DNA from: Scyliorhinus canicula
Taxonomy: Eukaryota
DNA: 64,000 nucleotides
Assembly: GCF_902713615.1 (NCBI RefSeq)
Contig: NC_052172.1
Coordinates: 6,305,337-6,369,336 of the forward strand
Direction of reading: 5' to 3'
Shown: piece after piece, positions 1 through 12,400 of the stretch
How the letters are laid out: the number at the start of each line of letters is the position of its first letter
How positions within the stretch are numbered: position 1 is the first letter of the stretch
The notes under the pieces: model-generated
The model's database searches: none
What the model saw: the letters and a program-made list of their open reading frames with translations, nothing else
What the model was told of the DNA's origin: nothing
Program-made: the position numbers and the translations under genes

Positions 1-282
1 CTCTTTCTCGACATAGATCTATCTCTTTCAATCTAGCTATCTATCCATCTACTTATTTGTCAATTTTGTTGTTATTGATGCGTCCAACTATCATAGATCT
101 CTTATCTACCAATATATCTAGTTACCTAGACAACTTAAATGATCACGCTCCAATATTTAAATACTTAAGATTAATCCGGACTTTTAATTTTACTAACGTT
201 AATACATCATCTTGCTCTCTTTCACTTCACGTTGCGGTGATGTATTGTTTATTATAAAATTTCTGCATCACTTCTGTGATAC

Positions 283-480
283 GGTAGCACAGTGGTTAGC
301 ACTGTTGCTTCACAGCCAGGGTCCCAGGCTGGATCCCGAAAGACGTGCTGTTAGGTGAATTGGACATTTTGAATTCTCCCTCAGTGTGCCCGAACAGGCG
401 CCGGAGGTGGTTTTCAGAGCGACGTCATTGCAGCGTTAATGTAAGCCTACTTGTGACAATCATAACGATTATTATAATGA
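283..480 (+). mobile_element. tRNA-SINE (HE1-like head, internally deleted, aagcctacttgtgaca tail)
   Basis: A-box ggtagcacagtggttagc; absent at the paralogous sites near 25.07 and 49.32 kb. Confidence 0.7.
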
Positions 481-2167
481 TATCCTATCCGTTAGGTTAC
501 AATATATTTTACAAACAAACTATGAGGTGGGATGCATTAGTTAATTATCCAACTGTAGGAACTTGTGGGGCTATACGACGTGGCATTGAAAAAAACTCCC
601 GATATGTCATTCAATATTTTCCAGCGTCACAGGCCCATTGGGGTTATCTTTCTCATTCGACGAGAGCTGTGCTGCTAATCATAAATGATAAAATGATTCA
701 ACTCAGGAGAAGGCCATTCGCCTTCATACTGCCTGATTTTCCTTTATGGAAGAGCTATCTGATTAATTAATATTCTCCCAACCCGTCCCAAATAACAGAA
801 CAAACATTCCATTACATTTATTTCTGCAAATCATTTTCAAAAGTTACCCTTGAATGTGGTTCCACTGCCCTTACAAGCAGTGCCATCCCACATTGTACAT
901 AGCGCTGTGGAGAAAGCTTCTTTTAATCTGCTAATCTCTCACTAATATACTGGCCAGATAATACTAGGAGGAAAATGGCATTGAAACAGAACAACCATGA
1001 CTCGTTGAATGATAAGTGGGCTCGAGAGACCGAGTTGCCTCCTCTATCGCTTTTATTCTAATGTTCGTAATCTGTTTATTTTAATTTGCCTTAAGCCAAC
1101 GATTCCTCCTCAATGCCGAGCAGATACTAATGGCTGAATTATTGTTTCATTATTTACGTTATTAAAATTCTTCAAGGTTTTCAAAATCTCTTTCATATTT
1201 CACCGTACTTTCGATGGTCTGAGAGGAGCAAACTGGAGATAGTTCATCCTAGAACTTGTCAAGGATCATACACAGTGTAAAATGGCGACCTTTCTCCAGA
1301 AACCATTCTCACTGCACACCTGGCTCCTGGCAGCCGATCATACATTTGTTGAGAATCGTTGACTCAATTCTCTATCAAACTCTCTCTGCCTTGTGCACAA
1401 TTTTGAAAGCAGCTGGTAGTACAGCAAAGTGTAAGGTTAACCGTATCCAGCTCAGTTCTCAGATGGGAAAGTAATCTTCCTCGACTTGAAACAGGAATGC
1501 ACATCAACGTGGCTTAAACAAACACACCATACACCAATGAACGCTTTCACGTTCATTTCAATGGCAGCTCGAATGCTTACTCCCTCTTATCTTTAACTAG
1601 CTCTCCCCCTCCCCCCCCACCCGATAACATCTCGCATGCTATTCGGCACAATCGACTTCTCGTCGTAGTGGATTACACATTCTGACGACTCGTTGACTTG
1701 AGATTGCACTTTTCCAATCCTCTCGCATCACCACCGATTTGAAGGGTGATTGAAAAATTGTGGCCAGTGCCTCAGATATTTCGATTTTCACTTCCCTCTG
1801 TTTCCTTGGAAGCATCTCATCCAGTCTCGTGCCCTGTGAACCTTTAGTGCAGGCAGCCGATCAAATAGCCCCTGCAGCTCAATTTTAAATACTGTATTGT
1901 ATTAACTACATCCTCTTTCTTTGTGGCCTATACAGCATGGTTCTCCTTAGAAAAGACAGATGGGAAGTATTAATTCCATACCGGAACCAAGACCTTGCAA
2001 CATGTGCAAATCCAATTGTCGGTTCCAAATTGGCCCACCTTCCCCTTTTACAGCATTTTACTGAATACATGCCCGTAGAACACTTTTTTACGTCAGCTGC
2101 CAGTGTCTTTTCAAGCTACTGCTTTGTTTTTCTTATTTGTTTTATCAGTGGACCTCTGAAGGTTCAA

Positions 2168-2450
2168 TGGGTTGGCATTGTGGTCAACACTGTTGACTCA
2201 GTGTTCTAGGATACCGGGTTCGATTCAGGCCGCGGGTGATTGTGTGGAGTTTTCACTTTCTCCCCATGTCTTCGTGCGTTTCTTCCGGGTGCTCTGGTTT
2301 CCTCCCACAGTCCAAAGATTTGCAGGTTAGGTGAATTGGATACGCTAAATTGCTCAAACGTTAGATGGTGTTGCGGGGATAGGAGGTGGGGATTGGGCCG
2401 AGGAAGGGTACTTTATCGGAGCAAGGGCCGGTGCATACTCGGGCGCTTTG
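2168..2450 (+). mobile_element. HE1-like SINE (old)
   Basis: B-box gggttcgattc; core ggtttcctcccacagtccaaaga. Confidence 0.75.
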
Positions 2451-4042
2451 GTATGTATGTACTTTATCCATTTGAAGGAGTGCGACTTGACCGTGCGCAG
2501 TCAATATTTTCTTCAATGCCCGCCATTGTTTCGCTATTATTTTTCCTGCTACCCTTTTGGTACACGCCGTTCTTACCTCACTGAAGTTGGCTTTCATCCA
2601 GGTCATTGTCCTTTTCCATCGACACCCTGAAACGCCTGATACCCCAAACGATTCCCCACTGACACTTGATATTGCGTTGAAATTTACAGAATTGACAAAC
2701 TGTCAAGGTAATTCGGCCAGACAGTTCAGTGCCAGCCTTGATCCCCCACTTTCGCCGCCTCCCGCCCGACTTCACCTGATGCCCTCAACATGTCAAATAA
2801 TGAAGGCATCTCTGCTTTAAACTACTTCTCGATCACATTGGACTCTACCCTACATTGTTGACATCACACTCTGCTGCGGGCGGAGTCGTACCCTAGTTTA
2901 CCCCAGGAGATGCGTTTGGAATACGCCTAGAGGTCTCTCGGCCAAAACTCCAGGGAAATTGTCCGAGAAATTACTACTTCCGATAGGCAATTACTCAGCA
3001 CTTGATGCTATCCGATGCTACTATTTAAACAGTAGAACTCCAACATTTCCAGCTTTCTAGCGTAATTGTTAGTCAGGAAAAGTAAGAAGTATTGAAACTA
3101 TTATGACCCTCTGGGTAGATATACCACAACCCCATCCCCCCTGTCCCCGGGACCTCCTGGCTACCTCCAAATCGCCTGCTACCTCTTTCCACACCCCGGC
3201 GACGACCTTCGATTGCCTTTCACTGATCACGTGATTAGACCCCAGTCTTTTCGTGATCGCCCTGCGCCAAACCGTGGAATGCTGCGATACGTACCCTCCC
3301 CTCGCACCCAGCCGCGCCCCTGATCCAGAGCACCCATCTGCTTAATGCACGTCCGTTCTCAATTTACGACAGCAAGTGCCGGAAAATTGCACCATGGTCA
3401 GTAACACGGAGCACAGTGAATGCCGACGGTGATTGACTCTCCTTGGAAATTTGGGGCCGCAGTTATCCAATCATTTGTATGGATTCCAGTGAGACATCGG
3501 ACTGTCGGTTTGAGCACATTTCTTTTGGCTACTCGTATTCCGCGCTTTTCACGAGAAAATAGCGTTAGAAGCTATCATGGTCTCCAATGAACCCACGCAA
3601 TGAGATAGAAGTCTGTTTTACTCGTGTCACCTGACTGTAACACGGTTGCGTCCATTATTGACTGTGAATTATCAATTTTCCAAATGTTTTAGGAATACTG
3701 GTATGAAGGAAGGAAAGTCCCAAATAAACAGCGATCCGAAATATGCTGGAGATGCTCACCAGATCAGACATCACCCGGGCAGCGAGAATCAGAGTTAACG
3801 GTTCGAGTTCAATATGAGTCATCCTCAGCACCCTCAGTTTATTTCAGATTTGCAGTTATGTAGTATTTGCTTCCTGGGGAAAAAATACAACACTGAGGCA
3901 ATCTCGATCCCCTGAGACAATCGGGGATCGAGACCCGGCGGGAATCGGAGATTTTAGGTTAATTCCGGGCCGGGATAATTGGCTTCCGTTCGTAGATTTC
4001 AGATCGACGGATCTGGAATGTTCGTGCCGCCATTGGCAGCTC

Positions 4043-4050
4043 GCACGTCA
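4043..4050 (+). promoter_or_regulatory. CRE-like motif in the V-A promoter
   Basis: GCACGTCA about 90 nt upstream of the ATG, conserved at 30602-30609 in V-A2. CRE-like elements are typical of TRBV promoters. Confidence 0.45.
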
Positions 4051-4138
4051 CACCTTTCACTGATCTCATCAACAGCAGGCTCTGCATTTTGTTTTTCTCT
4101 CTTCCTCTACAAGACTCGATCCTTTATTTCTCTGAGGG

Positions 4139-4944
4139 ATGGAATTGAATCTCCTGCTTTTTGTTTTTACATTTTTCATACGCCGTAAGCTAACTTCAAA
4201 TAATTGTCTGTATTGAGTTCCGTTATAAAATCTAACTAATGGTTTAGATGTAACATAATTCATTGGGATTGTAATTAATAATAATAATTATTAGTGTCAT
4301 AAGTAGGCTTACATTAACACTGCAATTAAGTTACTGCCTAAAAAGATGGAGGGCGATGAATTGTTCAATTCCGATATTCACGTCTAACATTTCTCACAAA
4401 AACGCGATAAAAATATAATTATATTTACCGGGGCAATCGGCGATTGAGAATTATTGGCTAATTCTTTCAAAAGATTTTCACAAACACATTGGGGCGAATG
4501 GCCTGATTTATATGTGTTGTAAATCTTGACTTCTTATTCATTAGAATATGTGCTGTGATATACCGGAGCTCTAGTTATCCCGCCTTTTCCCTGATGTCGC
4601 TTCCTTAACTGACTCCTGTATCTATTTTCCCATTTCAGATTATTGTCGATGTGTTTCAGTGTCTCAGATTCCCCGAGAATTAACAGCGCGGCGAGGGGAC
4701 AACACAACACTGACCTGTCAACAGGAGGACACCGACTACATCACAATGCTCTGGTACCGCCAGCACCCGGGACGCGGCCTCCAGCTTGTGGTGACGGACG
4801 TGTATGGGAATAACCCGACTTTCGAGAAAGGATTGGAGGCGGGATTTCAAGTGGTGAGACCCAGCCGCAAAAAGTGCATTTTGAAAACAGTGGCCGTGGA
4901 CTCCGACAATACAGCGATCTATTACTGCGCTGCAAGTGATGGAG
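4139..4944 (+). CDS. TRBV: TCR beta V segment A1 (TRBV20/29-like): leader exon 4139-4184, intron 4185-4638, V exon 4639-4944
   Basis: 46-nt phase-1 leader MELNLLLFVFTFFIR|GTAAG; TTTCAG acceptor; spliced ORF intact with Cys23 (TLTC), WYRQ and YYCAAS, followed by an RSS. Resembles TRBV20 (TMxWYRQ, TFEKG/TYEQG). Confidence 0.9.
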
Positions 4945-4981
4945 CACAGTGCTTCACTACGTATGTACCGTGACAAGAACC
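4945..4981 (+). other. RSS of V-A1 with a 21-nt spacer
   Basis: CACAGTG 4945-4951, spacer 4952-4972 (21 nt), ACAAGAACC 4973-4981. Confidence 0.9.
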
Positions 4982-5648
4982 AATTAACGTCATTTCTGTA
5001 GCTAACTTGTTCTGTTCGTCCTTTCTCGTCTCCGAGTTCGGCTTTGTCTCTTGTTGTCTCTGTGTCAAATATCATTAACTTTCATGTTCCGACCTTCAGT
5101 AGATAATGAAATGATAATAAGTGAAAGACAGAGTGCGTGAGAGAGAGTGAGGGGGGTATACAAACGATATGTTAATGTTATAATAGAATCATAGAATCCC
5201 TACATCTGAGAATATGACTCAATAACTATTGATTCCGCCAGTTGTGAGGGCATCATTATGTTTTCCGAGCTTCAGGACTGCGTTGAAAAGGACCTTGTTG
5301 ACGTATCATCGCTGGTGGTAATCTTTGCGTCTTCATATTTTTCATTGGCTTGCGTTTTTTTACTTTATTTTTCCTTGCACGTTTTTGTAAATGCCACTAA
5401 TAGGCCTTCTGTTTTATACGTAGTGTTTCTGAGTCTATTAACCCCTCCTGATAGATATAATACTGACTCCTGATGTTGCCCTTGTGAGTTCTCGTCGACA
5501 CCTTCTTCAGTTCACGATATCTAATATCCCATTTCTGCCCTAACCTGCCTGGTGTTCTCCTCAGGAAACATTAGCTCTGCAAACTGCGCTCCAATTCGGC
5601 GAAGCGCTCCCGGTTTCTATCTCTAAAAGGCGTTTTCTGCTGCTTGGG

Positions 5649-5687
5649 GGTTTTTGTTCCACTGCTCCATCTGTTTGAGTCACTGTG
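5649..5687 (-). other. Consensus 23-RSS of V-B1
   Basis: On the minus strand: CACAGTG (5687-5681), 23-nt spacer, ACAAAAACC (5657-5649). Confidence 0.95.
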
Positions 5688-6138
5688 AATACTCCAGGCG
5701 CAGTAATACACGGCCGAGTGATTCACCCGCAGGCTGGTGGACTCCAGCTGGAACTCGTATTCACTGGGTCGAGCGGCGTTGAAACCGTGAATCGACCCAT
5801 CTGGCTCCACGCGTTCTGGCATTGAAGAGTAAAACATCAACTGCAGCCCTTTCCCCGGATATTGTCTGTACCAATACATGTAGATAGTATTGCTGCCCCC
5901 CCTCACAGTGCATGTCAGCTCCAGTTTTGTTCCAGGGAATTTGGATACAGCTGCGGGGGTCTGGTGAATAGTCTGTAGGTTCACGCCTAGAAAAGAGACA
6001 GGGAGGAGGTCAGTAAACCTGGACACTTGGGAAACAATGGACGGGTGGAAGAATTTTTGAAATGATATGTTATTAAAGGTAATGATTGTTTCACTTACAG
6101 TCAAACAGCATTGTCAGACCCAGAAACAAATACATCAT
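5688..6138 (-). CDS. TRBV: TCR beta V segment B1 (TRBV30-like, CAWS): leader 6138-6099, intron 6098-5987, V exon 5986-5688
   Basis: 40-nt leader MMYLFLGLTMLFD|GTAAG; TTTCTAG acceptor; intact QTIHQTPA..CTVRGGSN..WYRQYPGKGLQLMFYS..YYCAWS, strongly resembling TRBV30 (QTIHQWPA..CTVEGTSN..WYRQ..GLQLLFYS..CAWS). Confidence 0.92.
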
Positions 6139-6249
6139 TTAAAGCTGTCTGTTGCTCAATACACGGTGGAGAACAGGATTGAGTAATGTTGGCTCCAAGG
6201 CACCCACTCTCGTCGAATCATTGCAAAGAACAAGAAGGCCATTAATAAA

Positions 6250-6256
6250 TGACGCA
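6250..6256. promoter_or_regulatory. CRE-like TGACGCA in the V-B1 promoter
   Basis: About 112 nt upstream of the minus-strand ATG, next to a GC-rich box; this stretch is deleted in copy B2. Confidence 0.4.
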
Positions 6257-7704
6257 TCGTTGGTCACGCCCCTCCTCCAGTTGACCCAGTCGGATTCGAG
6301 TTGGTGCATCAATCTCGCTCCTGTTCTTTCTTTCGGTACCTCGCTCTGCTTCGCTCTGTCGAACACATTCTCCCTGTCTATCACGGTCTCCGGATACATT
6401 GATCGGAAGCGTACCACTCTCTCCACTTGTTCTATCTCTCACAGGCGCCCTCTCTGTCTGTCTTTGTGTGGGGGACCGTGTGTATGGTTGCGTGCCTCAC
6501 AATGCCTCTCTCCTTGCTTCGCTTTCTCCACCTGGCTCTGTCTTTCTTCTGCCTTCCCCCCTTCCGCTCCGCGTGCCACCCCTTAACCTTTGTTTCATGT
6601 CATATCGATTTTCTTTCATTCAGACCACCACCACCGCTCCCCACTATTCACACAATGACAATTCTGCACCCTCCACCGCTGCCTCACAAGGAATATCTTT
6701 CTCACTCTATTACCCTCTACCTCTTAAAAAACCCGACATTGTGACATAAACGTGTGCTGACCGGAAATAGCCTCCAGTAAGATGGTGGACAGGAATGTTT
6801 GTGTGAAGTGGGAATATTGTTTGGGAAAAAAGTCCTTATGATGAAGCATGATCATTTAGTCCAGTAACAGGTAGATCTTTTATTTGAAATTCCCCTTAAC
6901 AGGAAACGAGGGAGAACTGAAGCGTGGAAACGTGAGCGACAAAGCTGCTCCTTTCAAATGATCAAAGAAATTACATCAGGAACACGGGATAGTGAGGAAT
7001 ATTTGGACACATGCAAACAATCAGAAATGAACCTCGTAATTTATATCACTTTTCGGATTGTTTATTCTAATTAATCACACCTGGCTTCTTAATTACCAAA
7101 AGATATGAGATATGGGCTGGGCTCCGTGTGTCACAACGTAGGTCTTGCCGGGCTCGGTGTCAGACTGGAGATCGATTGCCTTCTCTTTTGCCAACTGATA
7201 AGTTCAACGAGGGAATGTGGCGTTTTCCTTTTACGACTAACATTTTTTCGGCTTCTGAGTGACCTGCTCCTGTAACAATTTCCAGGGGATTGTCTCGCTT
7301 CCCTCTGTTTCTTTGTCAGAGGTTGGAAGAGAAAGAGCGGCTTCTCCTGTTCCTGCCGCGCTTATTAAGCATGTTCAAGGCAGTTGTGTGTTGCATGGTT
7401 CTAGGCCGCCGCGTAGCAGTGTAAAAATCCTGATATTATTTTCTGATAGTGACAACCTCTTAGTTTGTTGTCTCCCGAGTTACGTTTTCAAAGCACGATT
7501 TAACATTTGACGAAAAGAAGGTCGTTAGTCCCTTTCCCGGTGTTGTCTTTATAGGATATTTCACATTTATTCTACTCTGTCACTTCATATTGTCAGAAGC
7601 TCCCTGTAGATAAAAACCGAAGACCGCAGTATTTTGTCATTCATAGTCGTTTTCTGCCACATTTGAGTGATCTGTTGAACTATTCGTCTCTCCAAGACAC
7701 CAGG

Positions 7705-8146
7705 CAGACTCCAGGCACAGCTACACTCGGCAGAGTGATGTGCCCAGAAGATGGAGGACTCCAGACGCAGCTCGGAGTCATCCGGCAACTCCGCCTGAGG
7801 CCGTTCACCGATCTCTCTGGATGTCTGTAACTGGAGTCCGGAGAGACAAACACAAACTGCAGGCCATCCCCAGGGTATTTTCTCTGCCAGCATGTACCAG
7901 CAATCTTAGCGGCATCGAAAATGTATTTCCGTTCCATTTCCTCCCCAGGAATGTGCATACTGTGGTGGGAATGTGGCGGATAATTTGCGTGTTAACATCC
8001 AATAAGAGATGCAGAGGGGAGGAGGTCAGTAAACTGCGACGTTCTGGTAAAGGAATAAAGAGTGTGTAAAGTGGCATTAGCAACGGCAATTTTTGTTTGA
8101 AACTCCATACGGATAAAGAGAATTATCAGACCCATTAATAGATCAT
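7705..8146 (-). pseudogene. TRBV: Decayed CAWS-family V pseudogene C1
   Basis: Frameshifted pieces VNTQII.., CWQRKYPGDGLQFVFVS, ELRLESSIFWAHHSAECSCAWS align to V-B. Leader remnant 8146-8111 (..MGLIILFIR|GTATG); acceptor AG changed to GG; no heptamer. Confidence 0.8.
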
Positions 8147-8189
8147 TTTGTCCCAAAGTTTCCCGTTTAAAATGGGAAATCCAAGAAGA

Positions 8190-9480
8190 ATAAAGAAAAC
8201 TGAAGCACAGGAGCAGGCTCTTCGGCCCTACAAGCATGCTCCGACCATGCTGCCCGCCTCACCTAAAACATTCTACAGCCCCGGGTCCGTTTCCCTCTAT
8301 TCCCATCCTATTCATGTATTTGTCAAGACACCCCTTAAACATCACTATCGTACCTCCGGCAGCGAGTTCCAGGCACCCACTACCCTCTGTGTGAAAAACG
8401 TTCCTCGCACATCTCCACTAAACTATGCCCCTCGCACCCTAAACCTATGTACACTTGTAATTGACTCTTCCATCATGGGAAAAAAGTGAAGTATATTCCT
8501 GAGAGGAAGAGGAATTGTAAAAGGGTGAATAGCGTCCCACGGCATATAAGGAAGTAAAGGAGGCCATGAAGGCAAAAGCTAGGGCACACCATACTGCAAA
8601 AGCTAGTGGTAAGCTGAAGGTTTCCGAGAACTTGAAAGTTCATCAAACGTCTACTAAGAATAAAACCAAAAGAGCTAACATGAACTATGAATGGAAAATA
8701 GCAGAAAACATGAACACTGATACCAAAATCTTCTATCAGTATTTGAAGAGGAAGTGAATAGCTAAACTAAATGTTGGCCCTGCGGAGGATGATACTGGTG
8801 CGGCAATAATGGGGAACACAGAGATGAAGGAGGTACTGAACCAATATTGTGCCTCTGTCTTCACGGAAGAAGATAATACAAAATATAAAAAACGGCAGTA
8901 AATGCAGATAACCTTGGTGCAATAATCATCACCAGGGAGATGGTATTGAATAAACTGATGGGATTAAGGACATATAAGTCTCAGGGCCCTGATGGTCGGC
9001 ACCCTAGGGACGTGGTAGCGGATTTAGCGGGTGCATTGGATATGATATTTCAGAATTCCCTGGATTTTGGAAGATAATCGATGGATTGTGGATGTGGTAC
9101 ACCTAGACTTCCAAGAGGCGTTTGGTAAGGTGCCACGTAAAGATTTATCTAGAAGGTGAAATCGCAGGGGATTGTTTAGAGTAGTATGTACGACTGAAAA
9201 TTGGCTGACTGACATAAAGCGGAGGGTCGGAATAACTAAATCCTGCTCTGGCTGGCGAACTGGAACTAGCGGGTGCCACAGGGGTCAGTCATCGGACATC
9301 CACCATTTACAATCTATATAAATGCTCTGCAAGCAGGAACAAAGTGTAACATAGCAAAATATGTGGATGATACGTAATTAGATGGGAAAGTAGGCACTGA
9401 AGATAAGATGATTTTACAGACCGTTGTAGGTAGGTGGGAGATTCGGCTAAAACGTGGAAGATGGAGTTTAATAGATACAT
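8190..9480. mobile_element. CR1 fragments (minus-strand 3' tail about 8190-8480; plus-strand RT fragment about 8480-9480)
   Basis: DVVxLDFQxAFxKVP-like RT motif near 9090-9140; CR1 tail motif ggc..ttcggccc. Confidence 0.7.
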
Positions 9481-12400
9481 AGAATCATAGAAGATAGGAG
9501 TAGGATGAGGCCTTTTGGCCCTTCCAGCCGACTCCGCCATTCATCACGAACAAGGCTGATAATCCAACTCAATAGCCTAATCCTGCTTTCTCCCATAGCC
9601 GTTGATCCCATTGTCCACAAGCGCTATATCTAGCCGCCTCTTGAATACATTCAATGTTTTACCATCATCTACTTCCTGTGGTAATGAATTCTAAAGGCTC
9701 TCCATTCTTTGTGTGAAGAAGTGTCTCCTTATCTCTGTCTGAAATGGTTTACCGTGAATCCTCAGGCTGTGACCCCTGGTTCTGGACACACCCATCATTG
9801 ATAAAATCTTTCCTGCATCTACCTTGTCTAGTCCTGTTAGAATTTTAAAAGTTTCGATGAGATCCGCCCTCATTCTTCTGAAGTCCAGCGAGGAAAATCC
9901 CAACCAATTAATCTCTCCTCTTACGACAGTCCCACCATCACTGGAATCAGTTTGATAAAACTTTGCTGCACTCCCTGGAGAGCAAGAACGTTCTTCCTCA
10001 GAGAAGGAGACCAAAACTGCACTCAATACTCCCCGTATGGCCTCACCAAGACCCTGTACAATTGCAGCAACACTTCCCTGCTTCTATACTCGAAACCTCT
10101 TGCAATGAAGGTCAACATACCATTAGCCTTCTTTACCACCTGCTGCACCTGCATGCTTACCTTCAGCGAATGCAGATTCTCACAAAGACACCCAGGTCCC
10201 GCTGCACACTCCCCTCTCCCAATTTACAACCATTCAGGTAGTAATCTGCCTTCCTGTTTCTGCTTCCAATACGAATAACCTCACACTTATCCAAATTAAA
10301 CTGCATCTGCCATTGGTTTGCCCATTCGCCCAACCTGGTCAGAGCTTGCTGTAGGATCATCGTCAGAATTCACCCTCCCACCTAATTTGGTATCATCTGC
10401 AAACGTTGAGATCTTAAATTTTATTCCCTCCTCTAAATCATTCATAGGTATTGTGAATAGCTGGAGTCACAGCACCAATCCCTACTGGTTACTGCCTGCC
10501 AATTTGAAAAGGACCCATTAATCCATACTCTTTGTTTCCTTCTGCCAATCAATTTTATATCCACCTTAATACATTTCCCCCAATCCCATGAGCTTTAATT
10601 TTGCACAATAATCTCTTATACGGGACTTTGTCAAACGCCTTATGAAAGTCCAAATACTTTGACTGCCATCGACTGGCTCCCCCTTGTCGACTGTACTGGT
10701 TACCTCTTCAAAGAAATGTAACAGATTTGTCAAGCATGGTTTTCCCTTCATAAATCCATGCTGACACTGACTGATCCTGCCACTGCTTTCTAAATGCTCC
10801 GCTATAAAGTTCTTGATAAGTGATTCAAGCATTTTCCCCACCACCGATGTTAGGCCTACTGGTCTATAATTCCCTGCTTTCTCTGTGCCACCCTTTTTGA
10901 ATATCGAAGTGACGTGAGCTACCCTCCAATCTGCTGGGACAGTTCCTGAGTCTATAGAATATGAAAGATGACCACCAATGCATCCCCGATTTCCAGAGCC
11001 ACCTCCTTAAGCACTCTGGAATGCAGATTCTCAGTTCCTGGGAATTTATCCGCCTTCAATCCCGTCAGTTTTCCCAGCATAATTTCTCTACTAATATTGA
11101 TCTCTCTCAGTTCTTCCCTCTCACTAAACCTTTCATTCTGCAACATTTATGGCATCTGATTTGTGTCCTCATTTGTGAAGACAGAACCGAAGTATGTATT
11201 CAATTGCACAACCATTTCTTTGTCCCTTATTATGCATCCCCCTGCTTATTTCTGTAGTGAGCCTACATTTCTCTTTACCCATCTCTTTCTCTTCACATAA
11301 TTGTAGAAACTCATAGTGTCGGTCTTTATGTTCCCAGCAAGCTTCCTTTAATACTGTCCTTTCCACTTCTCAATCAATCTCTTTATCGTTATTTGCTGAA
11401 TACTAAACTGCTCCCAATCATCAGGCCTAGTATTTTTCTTGGTTAATCAGTATGCATCTTCCTTGCATTGGATACTATTTCTAACTTCCTTTCTAAGCCA
11501 TGGATTGGCCCTCTAACCTCTTTTACTATTGTGCCAGACAGGAATGAACAGTTGCTGTAGTTCCTCCAAGCGTTTCTTGAATGTTTGCTATTGTCTATCC
11601 ACTGTCATCCCTTTGAGTAACTCTCCCCAATCCATCAAGGCCAACTCACGCCTCATATCGTCATAGTTCCCTTTATTAAGATTCAGCAGCCTAGTCTCCC
11701 AATCAACTACATCACTCTCCATCTTGATAAAAATATTCTATCATGTTATGGTCGTTCATCCCCAAGGTGTATCGTACAGCCAGATTGGCAATGATTCCCT
11801 TTTCATTACACAGTGCCCAGTCTAAGATGGCCTGCTCTCGAATTGGTTCCTCCACATATTGGTCAAGAAAACAATCCGTATACACTCCAGGAATTCTTCC
11901 TCTACAGCATTGTGGCTAATTTGATTTGCCCAGTCTATGTGTAGATTAAAATCATCCATGATCACTGATACTCCTTTATTACATACATCTCTAATTTCTT
12001 GTTTATTGCCATTCCCAACCTCACCTGTGCATTTTGGGGGTCTATAGATGAGACACACAAATGTTTTTGGTCCCTTGGTATTTTTAAACTCTACCCACAG
12101 AGATTCAAAATTGTCAGAGCTAATATCCTTTCTCAATATTGTGTTAATTTCCTCTTTAACCAGCAGTGCCACGCCACCACATTTTCTTTCATGCCTGTCC
12201 TTCCTAAATACTGAGAACTCTGCGACATTCAGTTCCCATCCATGTTCACCCTGCAGCCATGTCTCCATAATCCCAATTATATCACACACGTTTATATCTA
12301 TCTGTGTGATTAGTTCATCCACTTTATTGCAAATGCTCCGTGCATTAAGGCATAGAGCGTTTAAGTTTGTCTTTTTCACAATGCTTGTCTGGCTCCCAAT

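Noticed and set aside
287-293. CACAGTG heptamers in SINE heads and TSDs (also 26019, 26260, 50263)
   Set aside because: Part of the SINE A-box or target duplication, with no nonamer at 12 or 23 nt.
4870-4910. Tandem substitutions between A1 and A2 as a somatic-hypermutation signature
   Set aside because: These are differences between germline paralogs; a single assembly cannot show somatic origin.
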